DNA of 64,000 nucleotides from Gemmatimonadota bacterium (GCA_039586575.1 JBDHKD010000003.1:92451-156450), one strand, 5' to 3'. Counted from the stretch's first letter, positions 1-10,125 are shown. Notes: generated from the sequence alone by a model not told the origin. Numbers and translations are program-made.

Positions 1-2
1 AC

Positions 3-728
3 CTGCTGGGCACCGTGGACCGCTTCGAGCGGATCGCGCTGACGTCGGGCCTGGAGGTGGCGGTGGACTCGCTGGGGGTCGAGAGCCGCCGAATCACTCT
101 GGCCGAGGGTAGCGATTTCGTCCCCGGCATGGGGGCGTTCGAGCCGGTGCACTACTGGGCGTTCCACGACTCGACGATGGCCGGTGAGCTGAGCCCGGTC
201 TACGAGACCGACCAGGGCTTTCACTTCTTCCAGCTCGAGAGCCGCGTGCCCGAGGGCTACGTCCCGTTCGCCGACGTGGAGCCGGCTGTGGGGCGGCGCG
301 TCGAGCTGGAGAAGAAGAAAGAGGAGGCGCAGCGGATGGCCGCGCGGATGGCGAGCGAGTTGCAGGCCGACGCGAGCCTCGACGCCGTCGCCACCGAATA
401 CGACCTGCTGTATCAGACCAGCACGCTTTTTACGCGGTTCGATTTCGTACCCGGACTCGGTCAGGGTAACGCGGTGATTGGTGCCGCCTTCGGGCTGGAG
501 CTGAATGAGATCGCCGGCCCGATCGAGTCGGACGACCGTCTCTTCTTTGTCCAGCTGGTGGAGCGAGTCGCGCCGAGCCGCGAGGAGTTCGAGGCGATAC
601 GAGAAGACATGCGCGCCCAGCTAACGCAGCAGCGTCAACAGACCGCGCTGGACGAGTGGTTGGCGGAGCTGCGGGAGATGGCGACGATCGAGGATTTCCG
701 GGAACAGATCTTCGTACCGCGCTCCTGA
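3..728 (+). CDS. Parvulin-type peptidylprolyl isomerase (PpiD/SurA family), 5'-truncated by window edge
   Basis: Frame is open from base 3. GE+SPV+ETDxGFH and GE+xGPIE rotamase-like segments, ending in a helical QQRQQ..DEWLAELRE..IED tail typical of PpiD/SurA-like chaperones. Confidence 0.75.
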   Translation: MLGTVDRFERIALTSGLEVAVDSLGVESRRITLAEGSDFVPGMGAFEPVHYWAFHDSTMAGELSPVYETDQGFHFFQLESRVPEGYVPFADVEPAVGRRVELEKKKEEAQRMAARMASELQADASLDAVATEYDLLYQTSTLFTRFDFVPGLGQGNAVIGAAFGLELNEIAGPIESDDRLFFVQLVERVAPSREEFEAIREDMRAQLTQQRQQTALDEWLAELREMATIEDFREQIFVPRS

Positions 729-744
729 CGGCGCGCGGCCCTGC

Positions 745-1041
745 TCAGAGCATCATGCGTGCCACGTAGGCCACCGCCACGACACCTGCCACGCTAAAGA
801 GATTCACGTTCAATACGATCGGCCCCAGCGTGAAGGCGATCACCAGCAGGTCGACGCTCAACGGACCGATGCTGGCCGAGATCGTCGTGGTGAAGAACTC
901 CCGGAACGGGCCCTCGGGAATGAAGAGTACGGAGAGCTTGGTGAGGATGGCACCGAGCAAGAACCCGAGCGCCAGGATCAGCGCAATACGGCCGGGCGAG
1001 CGGCCGGAGGGGCGTAGTAGAAGACTATCCGCGCGAGTCAC
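745..1041 (-). CDS. Small membrane protein, DUF4321-like
   Basis: 98 aa with two hydrophobic segments and GPLSVDLLVIAFTLGPI. GTG start overlaps the upstream TGA (GTGA). Confidence 0.6.
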   Translation of the reverse strand: MTRADSLLLRPSGRSPGRIALILALGFLLGAILTKLSVLFIPEGPFREFFTTTISASIGPLSVDLLVIAFTLGPIVLNVNLFSVAGVVAVAYVARMML

Positions 1042-2024
1042 TTTCGCCGCTCAATCGAGTAGTTGACCGCCTCGGCCAGGGCAACCGTCGCCGGAGACTC
1101 CGGCAACTCGGCGAGGGCCGCGATTGCCTCATCCGCGTACTGACGCGCCTTGGCTCTGGCGAAGGCGATGCCGCCTCGTGCCTGCGCCGCTTCGACCACG
1201 CGAATGATCAGATCCTCCTGCGGCTCCGGGTCGGCGAACAGCGCATTGACCGCTAGACGCTGCTCCCGATCGAACTCGGGCAGGGCCGCGATCAGCGGCA
1301 GGGTGACCTTATGCTCGCGCAGGTCCTGGCCGGTCGGCTTGCCCGTGACGTCCTCGTTGCCGGTGTAGTCGAGGATGTCGTCGGCGATCTGGAAGGCCAT
1401 CCCCAAGGCGAACCCGTAGGCCTTCAGCGGCTCGCGCTGGGACGAGTCGCCGACCAGGGCGCCCAGCTCGCAGGCCGCCGACATGAGCGACGCCGTCTTG
1501 GCGCTGATCAGACGGTAGTAGTCGTCCTCGGTGAAATCGAGCGCATCGTGCATGGCCAGCTGGCGCATTTCACCGATGGTCATGGCGTTCGCCGCTTCGG
1601 CGAGCACCTTGATCAAGTCCACACGTCCCAGCCGCGTCATCTCCATCACGGAGCGTGAGTACAGGTAATCGCCCATGATGATGGCGACCTGGTGACCCCA
1701 GACCGAATTGACGGTCGGCATGCCGCGGCGCAGCACCGAGTGATCGACGGCGTCGTCGTGCACCAAAGTGGCCAGATGTACGGCTTCGACGACGGCAGCC
1801 AGCAGGAGTGCGTCGGGGCTGGACTTGCCGCCGATCTCGTTGCAGAGCAGCAGCAGCGTGGGCCGGAACAGCTTGCCCCGCTTGAGCAGCAGGTAGTCGT
1901 TGACTTCCTCGATGAGCTCGAACTCATCGACGACCAGGCAACGCATCACCTCGTCCAGCTCGTCGAGCCGTTTGCGGACCGGCTCCTGGATCCGCGCCAA
2001 TTCTGGTAGGGCCGTACGGAGCAT
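1038..2024 (-). CDS. Long-chain trans-polyprenyl diphosphate synthase (IspB/HepT family)
   Basis: GKLFRP motif, FARM HDDAVD..LRRG and SARM FQIADDILD. ATG 2024 chosen because the track's GTG (2078) overlaps the predicted -10 box. Confidence 0.92.
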   Translation of the reverse strand: MLRTALPELARIQEPVRKRLDELDEVMRCLVVDEFELIEEVNDYLLLKRGKLFRPTLLLLCNEIGGKSSPDALLLAAVVEAVHLATLVHDDAVDHSVLRRGMPTVNSVWGHQVAIIMGDYLYSRSVMEMTRLGRVDLIKVLAEAANAMTIGEMRQLAMHDALDFTEDDYYRLISAKTASLMSAACELGALVGDSSQREPLKAYGFALGMAFQIADDILDYTGNEDVTGKPTGQDLREHKVTLPLIAALPEFDREQRLAVNALFADPEPQEDLIIRVVEAAQARGGIAFARAKARQYADEAIAALAELPESPATVALAEAVNYSIERRK

Positions 2025-2076
2025 ATCGTGATTGTCGGGGAGCGCCACAGCGCCCAGAGGGCGCGACTTGGCGGAC

Positions 2077-2106
2077 ACTTTAGCGGTAACTGAGCGGGTT
2101 TGTCAA
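2077..2106 (-). promoter_or_regulatory. sigma70-type promoter for the polyprenyl synthase gene
   Basis: Minus strand TTGACA (2106-2101), 18 nt, TAAAGT (2082-2077). Confidence 0.6.
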
Positions 2107-2117
2107 AGGGGGGTCAA

Positions 2118-4214
2118 CTAGCTGCGCAGGCTCGCCACGCGCTGGGAGACATCGCGGAAGTTGACATCGCAGCCCAAGACACGTTCGTACGACTCGATGG
2201 CGCGGCCGGCGTCGCCGATGGTTTCGAAGGATCGGCCCATGGCGTAGAAGATGCCGACCAACTCATCGTCCGTGTGGCCGGGGACCTGCAGGGCACGGCC
2301 GAGTACTTTCAGCGCGATACGGTGGTCGCCCTTCTCGACGAAGCAGGCTCCAAGCATCTCGATGGCGCGCAGCCGGAAATCGAGCCCGCGGGCGGCGATC
2401 TGGAACTCGGCAATCGCCTCGTCGATCAAGCCCATGTCCCGGTAAGCACAGCCGAGGTCGTAGTGGCTGGCGGCGTCCTCCTCCTCGATCGCTTCCGAGA
2501 CCTTCGATTTGAACTGGCTGAGCATCTCGGCGAAGTTGACGTCCGACTCGCTCTGCGGGTCGGCTGCCGCGATCCTGAAGCGTGTGCTCTTCTGCTCGGC
2601 CTCCTCCTCCATGATAATGGAGCCCAGGTCCACGTAGTCACCCGCCGCCGTGGCCGGTTCGCCCGTCGGCGCCGCGGACGCCTCCTCCTCGACGAACATC
2701 TCGAGCGCCGCGGCCGCTCGCCGGTTCTGGGGGTCCAGCTCCAGAACGCGCTGGTAAACGGCCCGCGCCTTATTACTGGCGTCGGTGCGATCCAGGCAGT
2801 CGGCCAGTTTCAGATAGGCCTCGACCAGGCCGGCCCGGTCGGCGGCGCGCAGGGCGAACTCGACGCGCTTCTGGTACGCAGCGACGTCATTGACGTTGAG
2901 CCGCAAGAGCTCGTCCAGCACACGGCCGGCATCCCGATACTGGCCGGCGCGCTCGTGAAGTCCCAGCGCCTCGCTCAAGCAGAGCTTCGCCTTGTCACGG
3001 TCCCCGATCTCCAAGAGCGCCTCGGCAAGATCGAAGAGCAGGTCCGCTTGCCTTCCCTCCACCCGCAGTCTGGACTCCAGTTCCGCCACGCGATCGGCAG
3101 GCGTAACGGCCCGCTCGACCGGCGGCGGCTGAGGCGGCTCATCGATGGCGGACGGTGGCTCTGCGGCCGGCGGCGCCAGGGACGTGGGCACGATTCCCAG
3201 GTCCGCAGCAGCCGGCGGCTCGACGCCGGCCGCCTGAGCGTCATCGGCGATCGAGGTCGGCATGATATCCAAACCGGGATCCTCGAGCGCGCCGCCGAAT
3301 ATCTCTCTTTCGAGCGACGAGGCATCGATATCGATGCCCTCGAGGTCCAGCTCGGCCGGTGGGCCCACCTCCTCGAGCGATCCCAGATCGTCGCCGCCCA
3401 GATCCTCGACTACGGCGGCCGGCGCTTCGAGCTCGGGTGGCTCGACCTCCAGGGGCTCCCCGGCAAGCTCGGGCTCGGGCTCCGGCTCCAGCGGCTGCGG
3501 CTCCTCCTCCGGCTCGTCCCATGGCAGGATCTCCGGCAGCTCGAGGACACCTTCGGCGTCGATGGCGCTCGACGTGGATTCCTCCGGCGGATCTACCTCC
3601 GGATCCCGCTGCGGTGCCAGCTCGAGGATGCGCTCCCGGACCTCGCTGGCATCCGCCTCGCGACCTTCCTGGTTCAGGTCACGCCAGGCCAGCCGCAACT
3701 GTTCAACACCGTGCATCGGGCGCTCGTGCTCGATGAGCTGGTCGGCGATCATCAGCCGCACCTCGGGGTCCGGCGACAGATCGGCGAACTCGATCAGCGC
3801 CGAGAAAGCGTCGTCGAGCTTCCCGGCCCGCTGCATGCGCTCGGCGTACTCGAGGAAGTGGCGGCGCGCATCCGAAAGGAAGCCCTTCGCCGCCCCGATC
3901 TTGCCCAGCTTCAGGTAAGCGGAATGCCGGTTCGGCTGATTACGGAGGATCTTGTTGCAGAGCGCGATAGCGTTGTTGTAGAAGCCGGCCGAGAGGTGCC
4001 CGTCGGCCGCCATCTCGTAGTAATTCACCGCTCGCGCCACGTCCCCGACCCTGCGGTACAGGTCGCCGACCCGGTTGAACAAGGCGAGATCAGGCTCCTT
4101 GCGCTCGCGGCGGTCAGCCTCGATGGCGTTCTCGTACTCCTCGATCGCGCGTTTCCAGTTCTCGCGCTGCTCGAAGCTTCTCGCTCTTTGCCTGTACCGG
4201 GCAGCCTCGCTCAT
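2118..4214 (-). CDS. Large cytoplasmic TPR protein, SgmX/Bd2492-like architecture
   Basis: N-terminal TPR array, acidic Pro-rich linker, central TPRs, and C-terminal HYDLGCAYRDMGLIDEAIAEF...FRDVSQRV TPR block. Confidence 0.75.
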   Translation of the reverse strand: MSEAARYRQRARSFEQRENWKRAIEEYENAIEADRRERKEPDLALFNRVGDLYRRVGDVARAVNYYEMAADGHLSAGFYNNAIALCNKILRNQPNRHSAYLKLGKIGAAKGFLSDARRHFLEYAERMQRAGKLDDAFSALIEFADLSPDPEVRLMIADQLIEHERPMHGVEQLRLAWRDLNQEGREADASEVRERILELAPQRDPEVDPPEESTSSAIDAEGVLELPEILPWDEPEEEPQPLEPEPEPELAGEPLEVEPPELEAPAAVVEDLGGDDLGSLEEVGPPAELDLEGIDIDASSLEREIFGGALEDPGLDIMPTSIADDAQAAGVEPPAAADLGIVPTSLAPPAAEPPSAIDEPPQPPPVERAVTPADRVAELESRLRVEGRQADLLFDLAEALLEIGDRDKAKLCLSEALGLHERAGQYRDAGRVLDELLRLNVNDVAAYQKRVEFALRAADRAGLVEAYLKLADCLDRTDASNKARAVYQRVLELDPQNRRAAAALEMFVEEEASAAPTGEPATAAGDYVDLGSIIMEEEAEQKSTRFRIAAADPQSESDVNFAEMLSQFKSKVSEAIEEEDAASHYDLGCAYRDMGLIDEAIAEFQIAARGLDFRLRAIEMLGACFVEKGDHRIALKVLGRALQVPGHTDDELVGIFYAMGRSFETIGDAGRAIESYERVLGCDVNFRDVSQRVASLRS

Positions 4215-4326
4215 TCGCCCCGAATCCGTGATCGCTAATCGTGACTATCCCGCTCGCCCATGCGCCGAGGCCGGGCACAGGCGCGCCCCGCCACGAACCT
4301 CGAGGTTGGGCAGCAGATCAGCCCTA

Positions 4327-4357
4327 AAGATACACAAATATGCTGACTTTTCAGCAA
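4327..4357 (-). promoter_or_regulatory. Candidate promoter with an overlapping palindrome upstream of the TPR gene
   Basis: TTGCTG-19 nt-TATCTT on the minus strand. Perfect inverted repeat TGCTGA-CTTT-TCAGCA at 4341-4356. Confidence 0.35.
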
Positions 4358-4458
4358 CCCGCTCGACGACGGCCTGGCGGGCCGCGGCGGCCGGGGGCGG
4401 ACAGAAAGGGGTGCAACTGCCGCCCAAATACACCGCACCGCACCTTATGTTGCACGCT

Positions 4459-5706
4459 CTAGTGAACCCGCACGCCTCTCTTCCAAACGGCAGCGCAATG
4501 ATTGCCGCCATAGAGATAGGGGACAAGCCTGTAGTCTGCAACACCAAACGCAACGACGTCCGCTGGCGCTCCGGGCTCGAGGGTGCCGCGCCCGTCCTCC
4601 AGGCGAAGAGCGGCGGCGCCGTTGGCGGTGGCGGCGACGAAGGCCTCGGCCGGCGACATGTGGAGCACGCTGCAGGCGATGCTCATCACGACCTGCAGGT
4701 TCACGGTGGGCGAGGAGCCCGGGTTGAAGTCGGTGGCGAGGGCGACGGCGGCGCCTCGGTCGATGAGTTGGCGGGCCGGGGGATAGTTGGACTTGCCGAG
4801 GAAGAAGAGGGTCCCGGGGAGCAGGGTGGCGACGGTGCGGGAGGCCGCCAGGGCGGCGATACCAGCCGGCGAGATGGCCCCGAGGTGATCGGCGGAGGCC
4901 GCGTCGAATTCGGTGGCCAGCTCGGCACCGCCGCTCGACTCGAATTCGTCGGCGTGCAATCTGGGCACGAGGCCGTGGGCGACGGCCGCCTCGAGGACGA
5001 GTCGGGTCTCATCCGGCGTGAAGACGCCGGGCTCCATAAAGACATCGCAGAAGACGGCGAGTCTGGACTCGGCGACCGCGGGGATCATGGCGTTGACGAG
5101 GAGATTGACGTATTCCTCGCGCCGCTCCCGGTACTCAGGCGGGAACGCGTGGGCGCCGAGGAAGGTCGGCACCACGTCGATCCAGCCCTGCTTCGCCAGC
5201 GACCCAATGACGCGGAGCATTTTGAGCTCGTCATCCAGCGTCAGGCCGTAGCCACTCTTGATCTCCACCGTCGTCGTCCCGTGCTCGAGAAGCCGGCGCA
5301 GCCGGCCGCGGCTCAGCTCGAATAGTTCCTCCTCGGAGCGTCCCCGTAGATCGCGGACGGAGGCGTTGATGCCGCCACCCTGCCGGGCGATCTCCATATA
5401 GGGGATCCCGGCGCAACGGAGCTCGTACTCGTCCAGACGATAGCGGCCGAAGACCGCATGGGTGTGGGAATCGACGAGCCCGGGCGTGAGGACGTGACCG
5501 CTGAGATCGACCCGCTCTGCATCCGGGAAGCGCGCCCGCAGCTCCTCGCGCGGCCCGACCGCTTCGACCAGGCCGTTCTTGATAGCGATCGCCCCTTCTT
5601 CCAGCAAGCCGATGTTGGCCATCGCCCTGGCGCGGCGTGGCTGGCTGCCGCCCGGACAGGTCAGGATCTGTGATGCCTCGAGGATCAGTGCGTTGTGGTC
5701 AGGCAT
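4459..5706 (-). CDS. hutI: Imidazolonepropionase
   Basis: DSHTH metal motif, TTVEIKSGYGL, HADEF, ADHL, ATDFNPGSSP; adjacent to hutU. Confidence 0.96.
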   Translation of the reverse strand: MPDHNALILEASQILTCPGGSQPRRARAMANIGLLEEGAIAIKNGLVEAVGPREELRARFPDAERVDLSGHVLTPGLVDSHTHAVFGRYRLDEYELRCAGIPYMEIARQGGGINASVRDLRGRSEEELFELSRGRLRRLLEHGTTTVEIKSGYGLTLDDELKMLRVIGSLAKQGWIDVVPTFLGAHAFPPEYRERREEYVNLLVNAMIPAVAESRLAVFCDVFMEPGVFTPDETRLVLEAAVAHGLVPRLHADEFESSGGAELATEFDAASADHLGAISPAGIAALAASRTVATLLPGTLFFLGKSNYPPARQLIDRGAAVALATDFNPGSSPTVNLQVVMSIACSVLHMSPAEAFVAATANGAAALRLEDGRGTLEPGAPADVVAFGVADYRLVPYLYGGNHCAAVWKRGVRVH

Positions 5707-5749
5707 AGTCTGGATTCGAGAATCGACAGCCGCCAGCGGATTGTCGAGT

Positions 5750-7429
5750 TCATTCCGTCATTGGGATCTTGATCCCGTGTCTGCGTGCCGTTTCGAGCGC
5801 TTCCGGGTAACCCGCGTCGACGTGCCGCATCACCCCGCTGCCCGGATCGTTGGTGAGGACGCGCTGGAGCCGACGTGCGGCGTCCGGCGTGCCATCGGCG
5901 ACGATGACCATGCCGGCGTGGAGAGAGTCGCCGATCCCGACGCCACCGCCGTGATGGAAGCTCACCCAGGTGGCGCCGCTGGCGACGTTCAGCATGGCGT
6001 TCAACACCGGCCAATCGGCGATCGCGTCACTGCCGTCCTTCATCCCTTCCGTCTCCCGGAAGGGGCTGGCGACCGACCCGGTGTCGAGATGGTCGCGACC
6101 GATGACGATGGGCGCCTTCAGCTCGCCGCTGGCTACTAGCTCGTTGATGGCCAGGCCGAACTTGGCGCGCTCGCCCTGGCCGAGCCAGCAGATCCGTGAA
6201 GGCAGGCCCTGGAAGGCGACCTTCTCGCTGGCCATGCGGATCCAACGGTTGAGCGGCTCGTCTTCGGGAAACAACTCCAGCACCAGCTCGTCGGTGCGGT
6301 GGATATCCGCGGGGTCGCCGGAAAGCGCCGCCCAGCGGAACGGGCCTTTGCCGAGGCAGAAGAGGGGGCGCACGTATGCCTGGACGAAGCCGGGGAAGTC
6401 GAAGGCGTTCTCGACGCCCGCATCGCGAGCCTGAGCCCGAATGTTATTGCCGTAATCGAATACGACAGAGCCCTGGCGCTGCAGCTCGAGCATGCCTCGC
6501 ACGTGCTCCGCCATGGAGTCCATCGCTCGCTTCACGTAAGCCTCGGGGTCGCTCTGCCTGAGTTCGTTGGCCTCGGCCAGCGATAGTCCCTGCGGCACGT
6601 ACCCGTTGAGCGCGTCGTGGGCGCTCGTCTGGTCGGTCACCAGATCCGGCGTGATCCCGCGGCGGGAGATCTCCGGGACCACATCCGCACAGTTCCCGAC
6701 CAACCCCACCGAGAGCGCCGCGCCGCGCTCGCGCGCCGCCAGCGCCAGCTCCAGCGCCTCATCGAGGTCGTCAGTAGCGCGGTCGAGGTAGCGTGTCTCC
6801 AAACGCCGCTCGATCCGCGCCGGGTCGACCTCCACTCCCAGGAAGGCGCCACCGTTCATCGTCGCGGCCAGCGGCTGGGCCCCGCCCATACCACCCAAGC
6901 CGCCGGTCAGCACGAGCCGGCCCGACAGCGAGCCTCCGAAGTGCCGGCGCGCCGCCGCCGCGAACGTCTCGTAGGTCCCCTGCAGGATCCCCTGGGTGCC
7001 GATGTAAATCCAGGAGCCGGCCGTCATCTGACCGTACATGATGAGGCCTTTCCGTTCCAGCTCCCTGAAGTAGTCCCACCTCGCCCAGCGCCCTACCAGG
7101 TTCGAGTTCGCGATGAGTACTCGAGGCGCATCAGCGTGGGTCTTGAAGACGCCCACCGGCTTGCCGCTCTGCACCAACAGCGTCTCGTCGTCACCGAGCT
7201 CGCGAAGCGAGCGGACGATCGCCTCATACGCCTCCCACGAGCGCGCAGCGCGACCCGAGCCGCCGTAGATGATCAGCTCGTCTGGCTTCTCGGCGACCTC
7301 GCGGTCGAGGTTGTTCATCAGCATCCTGAGCGCCGCCTCCTGAGGCCAACCTTTGCAGGAGAGCTCTGTGCCTCGTGGCGCTCGTACCTGACGCGTCCCG
7401 ACCTTACGGTTTGGCATCATCTCGATCAC
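5750..7429 (-). CDS. hutU: Urocanate hydratase
   Basis: [54 protein letters not shown]. Confidence 0.98.
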   Translation of the reverse strand: MIEMMPNRKVGTRQVRAPRGTELSCKGWPQEAALRMLMNNLDREVAEKPDELIIYGGSGRAARSWEAYEAIVRSLRELGDDETLLVQSGKPVGVFKTHADAPRVLIANSNLVGRWARWDYFRELERKGLIMYGQMTAGSWIYIGTQGILQGTYETFAAAARRHFGGSLSGRLVLTGGLGGMGGAQPLAATMNGGAFLGVEVDPARIERRLETRYLDRATDDLDEALELALAARERGAALSVGLVGNCADVVPEISRRGITPDLVTDQTSAHDALNGYVPQGLSLAEANELRQSDPEAYVKRAMDSMAEHVRGMLELQRQGSVVFDYGNNIRAQARDAGVENAFDFPGFVQAYVRPLFCLGKGPFRWAALSGDPADIHRTDELVLELFPEDEPLNRWIRMASEKVAFQGLPSRICWLGQGERAKFGLAINELVASGELKAPIVIGRDHLDTGSVASPFRETEGMKDGSDAIADWPVLNAMLNVASGATWVSFHHGGGVGIGDSLHAGMVIVADGTPDAARRLQRVLTNDPGSGVMRHVDAGYPEALETARRHGIKIPMTE

Positions 7430-10125
7430 CGTGTCTCTTGACGATAGTCGAACTTCACGTCACGCAGATCCTTGAGATTCACCCTGAACTCGAATACGAA
7501 ATTGCCATTTGCGGCTTTGAGGAACTGAAACGTGGCCGCCCAGCGATGCAGGTCACGCTGCAAGCTGAATGCATGATCCACGAACTTTCCCTCTTCAATG
7601 TCGTACTGGCTCCGCCAGGTCAACCTCCAGTTCAGCGTCGGTTGGAACCCGAAGTTCCAGCGGACAGACTGCCGATCGCTCGGCGGGTCCTGTCCCGGCC
7701 GCGGCCGTGTCCGCAGCAGGCTGTAGTCGACGCTCAGCGACCACGGCTGCCTCGCACCACGCGCGCCCCGTTCGCGCTCATCCGGCACGTCTTCGGGACG
7801 CTCCTCGAGCTCTTGGTCCTCGAACTCCTCGGACCGGGGAACGATCCCCCGCCCCTCCCGCAGTCCGCTCGGGTCGCCGAACAGGCCGGCAACCGCGCGC
7901 TCGCCCAACGAGAAACCGAGGTTCAGCTGCGTGAGGAACGGGGCAAAGCGGCGCCGGTCCTCGACTTCCTCGAACAGATCGTGCGAGAAACGTAACGTCA
8001 AGCCTCGCAACAGGTCGGACGTGATGGTGTTGGAGATCGAGTTCGTTATCAGCTCACGCTCGACGAAGTCGTAGCTGAGCGCCGATGTCCGAATGGCGAG
8101 AACCGTCAGCTTGCGCCCCTCGGCGGGCTGGCGGTCGGCGAGGCTATCGCTGGGGACCGAGTCTTGTAACTCTTTTCTTGGCTTGAGCTTAGCCTCGAAG
8201 GTCTGCTGCAGGCCCAGCGTGATCCGGTGCTGCTCGCGGGTGCTGTCGGCCCGGAACCCGCTCAGCCCCGCGAACTCCGGCGACGGCTGCACGGCCGGGC
8301 TGTAGCTCCAATTGATGCCGGTCGAGAACTTGTGGCGGATCCGCTCCGCGACTCCGAAGCCGGGGAAGAAGCCATAGATGTCGCTGTTGAGGGCGGCGTT
8401 AACCGAAACGCGAGTCGGCCCGCCCAAGAAATCGAAGTCGGTCTCGTTGTTGCGGACGAGGATTCCGTCGAGACTCAGGCTCGGGGTCAGCGTCGTCGTG
8501 CCGATCAGCCGCTGCTGGTAGCCGAACGAGGTTCGCCAGTTCAGGGTGCCCTGTTTCGTCTCCGGGTCGAAGAACAGGGTATCGACCACCATAGTCGAAT
8601 CGGGGTCCACGAAAGTCGTGTCGGTCAGCAGGAACGGCTCGTCCGTGGTATCCTGGTTGTAGGAACCGCTCGAGTTCCAACGGAGTGGCCCCAAAGAGAA
8701 GTTGGAGGTGACGGCATTCCTGATCGACGAGCGATCGGACAGCCCCGGTGTCTCCGAGAGTTGGCGATTGAAGCTGCCGCTTCCGGTCCAGGTCAAGCCA
8801 TTGTACCAGCGTTTCTCGAGCGGCGAGCGGGCCGGTGTGATCGCAATCGGGGATAGCGTCAGCGACAGCGATGGCAGAGTGGTGGTCGTGGCCTGCGGCG
8901 AGGTCGCCGGATTGGAGAGCGGCTGGACTCGCTGACCGCTGATGTTGAGCGTACCCCAGTCGAAACGTCGCGTGTAGCCGAGGTCGGAACGTAACTGCTG
9001 CACCAGCCGTTCGGGGTTGAACTCGTTCTCACGTTGGAACTGGGTGCTGGAGACGAACTGGACCGAGGCGCGCAAGTCGGCGCGCTCGCCGAATCTCTGG
9101 TTGTGGTTCCAGGCGAGCGACAGCTCCTTGCTGCCGTTGGGCAGGAGAAAGTACGAGCTGCCGACGCGCCCGTCGATGAACTTCTGGCGCCAGCGGTAGC
9201 GGTAGAAGCCATCGAGCCGTGTCCAGGTGTCGGACCACCAGTCGATACTGAACTGTGTGTCCATGTAGTCGTTGATCGCCCAGTAGTAGCCGACGTTGGA
9301 GATGTGTCTGTTATAGCCGGTCGAGTTGCGGATGATGTCGTTGACACCGAAGCGCAGGGTCAAGATGCCGCTGTGACGGCCCGGCCTGATGTCCTGGGCC
9401 ATGAAGGGGAACCAGAAGACCGGTACGTCGCCGAAATAGACGCGGACCGGCCAAGCGACGACTATGTGGCCCAGCACCAGTTTGATCTTGTCGGACTCGA
9501 AGCGATAGTGTGGATCCGCGAGCTCGCACGATGTGAAGTGTCCGTGCTGCACCCATAGGGTGTCGGTACCTTCCAGGGTGAAGTTGCCCTCGACGTTCCA
9601 TACTTCCCAGCGGGTACGGCCGCCGATGACAGTGCCGACCTTGCGATCGGTATCATAGAAGAACGGACCCTCCTCGCTATCTACTTCCTCGCCTTTGGCG
9701 TTGATCAATTTCGACTTCCCGTAGGCGATCATGTAGCGGGTTTGGCCTTCGTAGGTGACCGAGTCGGCGTGCAGGTTTTCGCCTTGACGCTCGAGGTGCG
9801 CGCGCTGCCGGATGTGGATCGAGCGATCTCCGGTGGAGAACTGCAGCGTGTCACCACGATAGACCACCGGGCGGTAGCCGGGGCGTGCCAGCAACGCTTG
9901 CATCATCGAGTCGGGAGATGGGAACGGCTCGCCGATATCGACGGAGTCGGCCGCCAGTGAATCGGGGGCCTGTTTCGAGTCCTGTCGCACGCGCGTGGTG
10001 TCCTGGGTAAAGGGGGTGGGCGCCGGGGCGGCGGCTGCCAGGTCGTGGACAGATGTGAGGAGTCCCCCGAGCGCGACCGCCAGCGCGGCGGCCAGCGCCC
10101 CCGCGGGCAGGGGCTCAGTCCGCAA
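7426..10125 (-). CDS. lptD: LPS-assembly protein LptD (OstA-like periplasmic domain plus beta-barrel)
   Basis: Signal-like hydrophobic N-terminus, FTSCE..PHYRF..KIKL, PVFWFPF, and C-terminal RDLHRW..FEFRVNL strands. The TTG start at 10125 is inferred. Confidence 0.85.
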   Translation of the reverse strand: MRTEPLPAGALAAALAVALGGLLTSVHDLAAAAPAPTPFTQDTTRVRQDSKQAPDSLAADSVDIGEPFPSPDSMMQALLARPGYRPVVYRGDTLQFSTGDRSIHIRQRAHLERQGENLHADSVTYEGQTRYMIAYGKSKLINAKGEEVDSEEGPFFYDTDRKVGTVIGGRTRWEVWNVEGNFTLEGTDTLWVQHGHFTSCELADPHYRFESDKIKLVLGHIVVAWPVRVYFGDVPVFWFPFMAQDIRPGRHSGILTLRFGVNDIIRNSTGYNRHISNVGYYWAINDYMDTQFSIDWWSDTWTRLDGFYRYRWRQKFIDGRVGSSYFLLPNGSKELSLAWNHNQRFGERADLRASVQFVSSTQFQRENEFNPERLVQQLRSDLGYTRRFDWGTLNISGQRVQPLSNPATSPQATTTTLPSLSLTLSPIAITPARSPLEKRWYNGLTWTGSGSFNRQLSETPGLSDRSSIRNAVTSNFSLGPLRWNSSGSYNQDTTDEPFLLTDTTFVDPDSTMVVDTLFFDPETKQGTLNWRTSFGYQQRLIGTTTLTPSLSLDGILVRNNETDFDFLGGPTRVSVNAALNSDIYGFFPGFGVAERIRHKFSTGINWSYSPAVQPSPEFAGLSGFRADSTREQHRITLGLQQTFEAKLKPRKELQDSVPSDSLADRQPAEGRKLTVLAIRTSALSYDFVERELITNSISNTITSDLLRGLTLRFSHDLFEEVEDRRRFAPFLTQLNLGFSLGERAVAGLFGDPSGLREGRGIVPRSEEFEDQELEERPEDVPDERERGARGARQPWSLSVDYSLLRTRPRPGQDPPSDRQSVRWNFGFQPTLNWRLTWRSQYDIEEGKFVDHAFSLQRDLHRWAATFQFLKAANGNFVFEFRVNLKDLRDVKFDYRQETR

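Noticed and set aside
2100-4238. 712-aa plus-strand ORF (also 17641..19341, 25580..27169, 42929..44077 and many similar)
   Set aside because: Antisense shadows of real minus-strand genes. High-GC codon bias suppresses stops on the opposite strand, and the translations show no family motifs.
4411-4455. GTGCAAC...GTTGCAC inverted repeat and a possible sigma54 promoter
   Set aside because: GG-to-GC spacing is 9 rather than the required 10. A 7-bp arm with a 31-nt loop alone is too weak to call.
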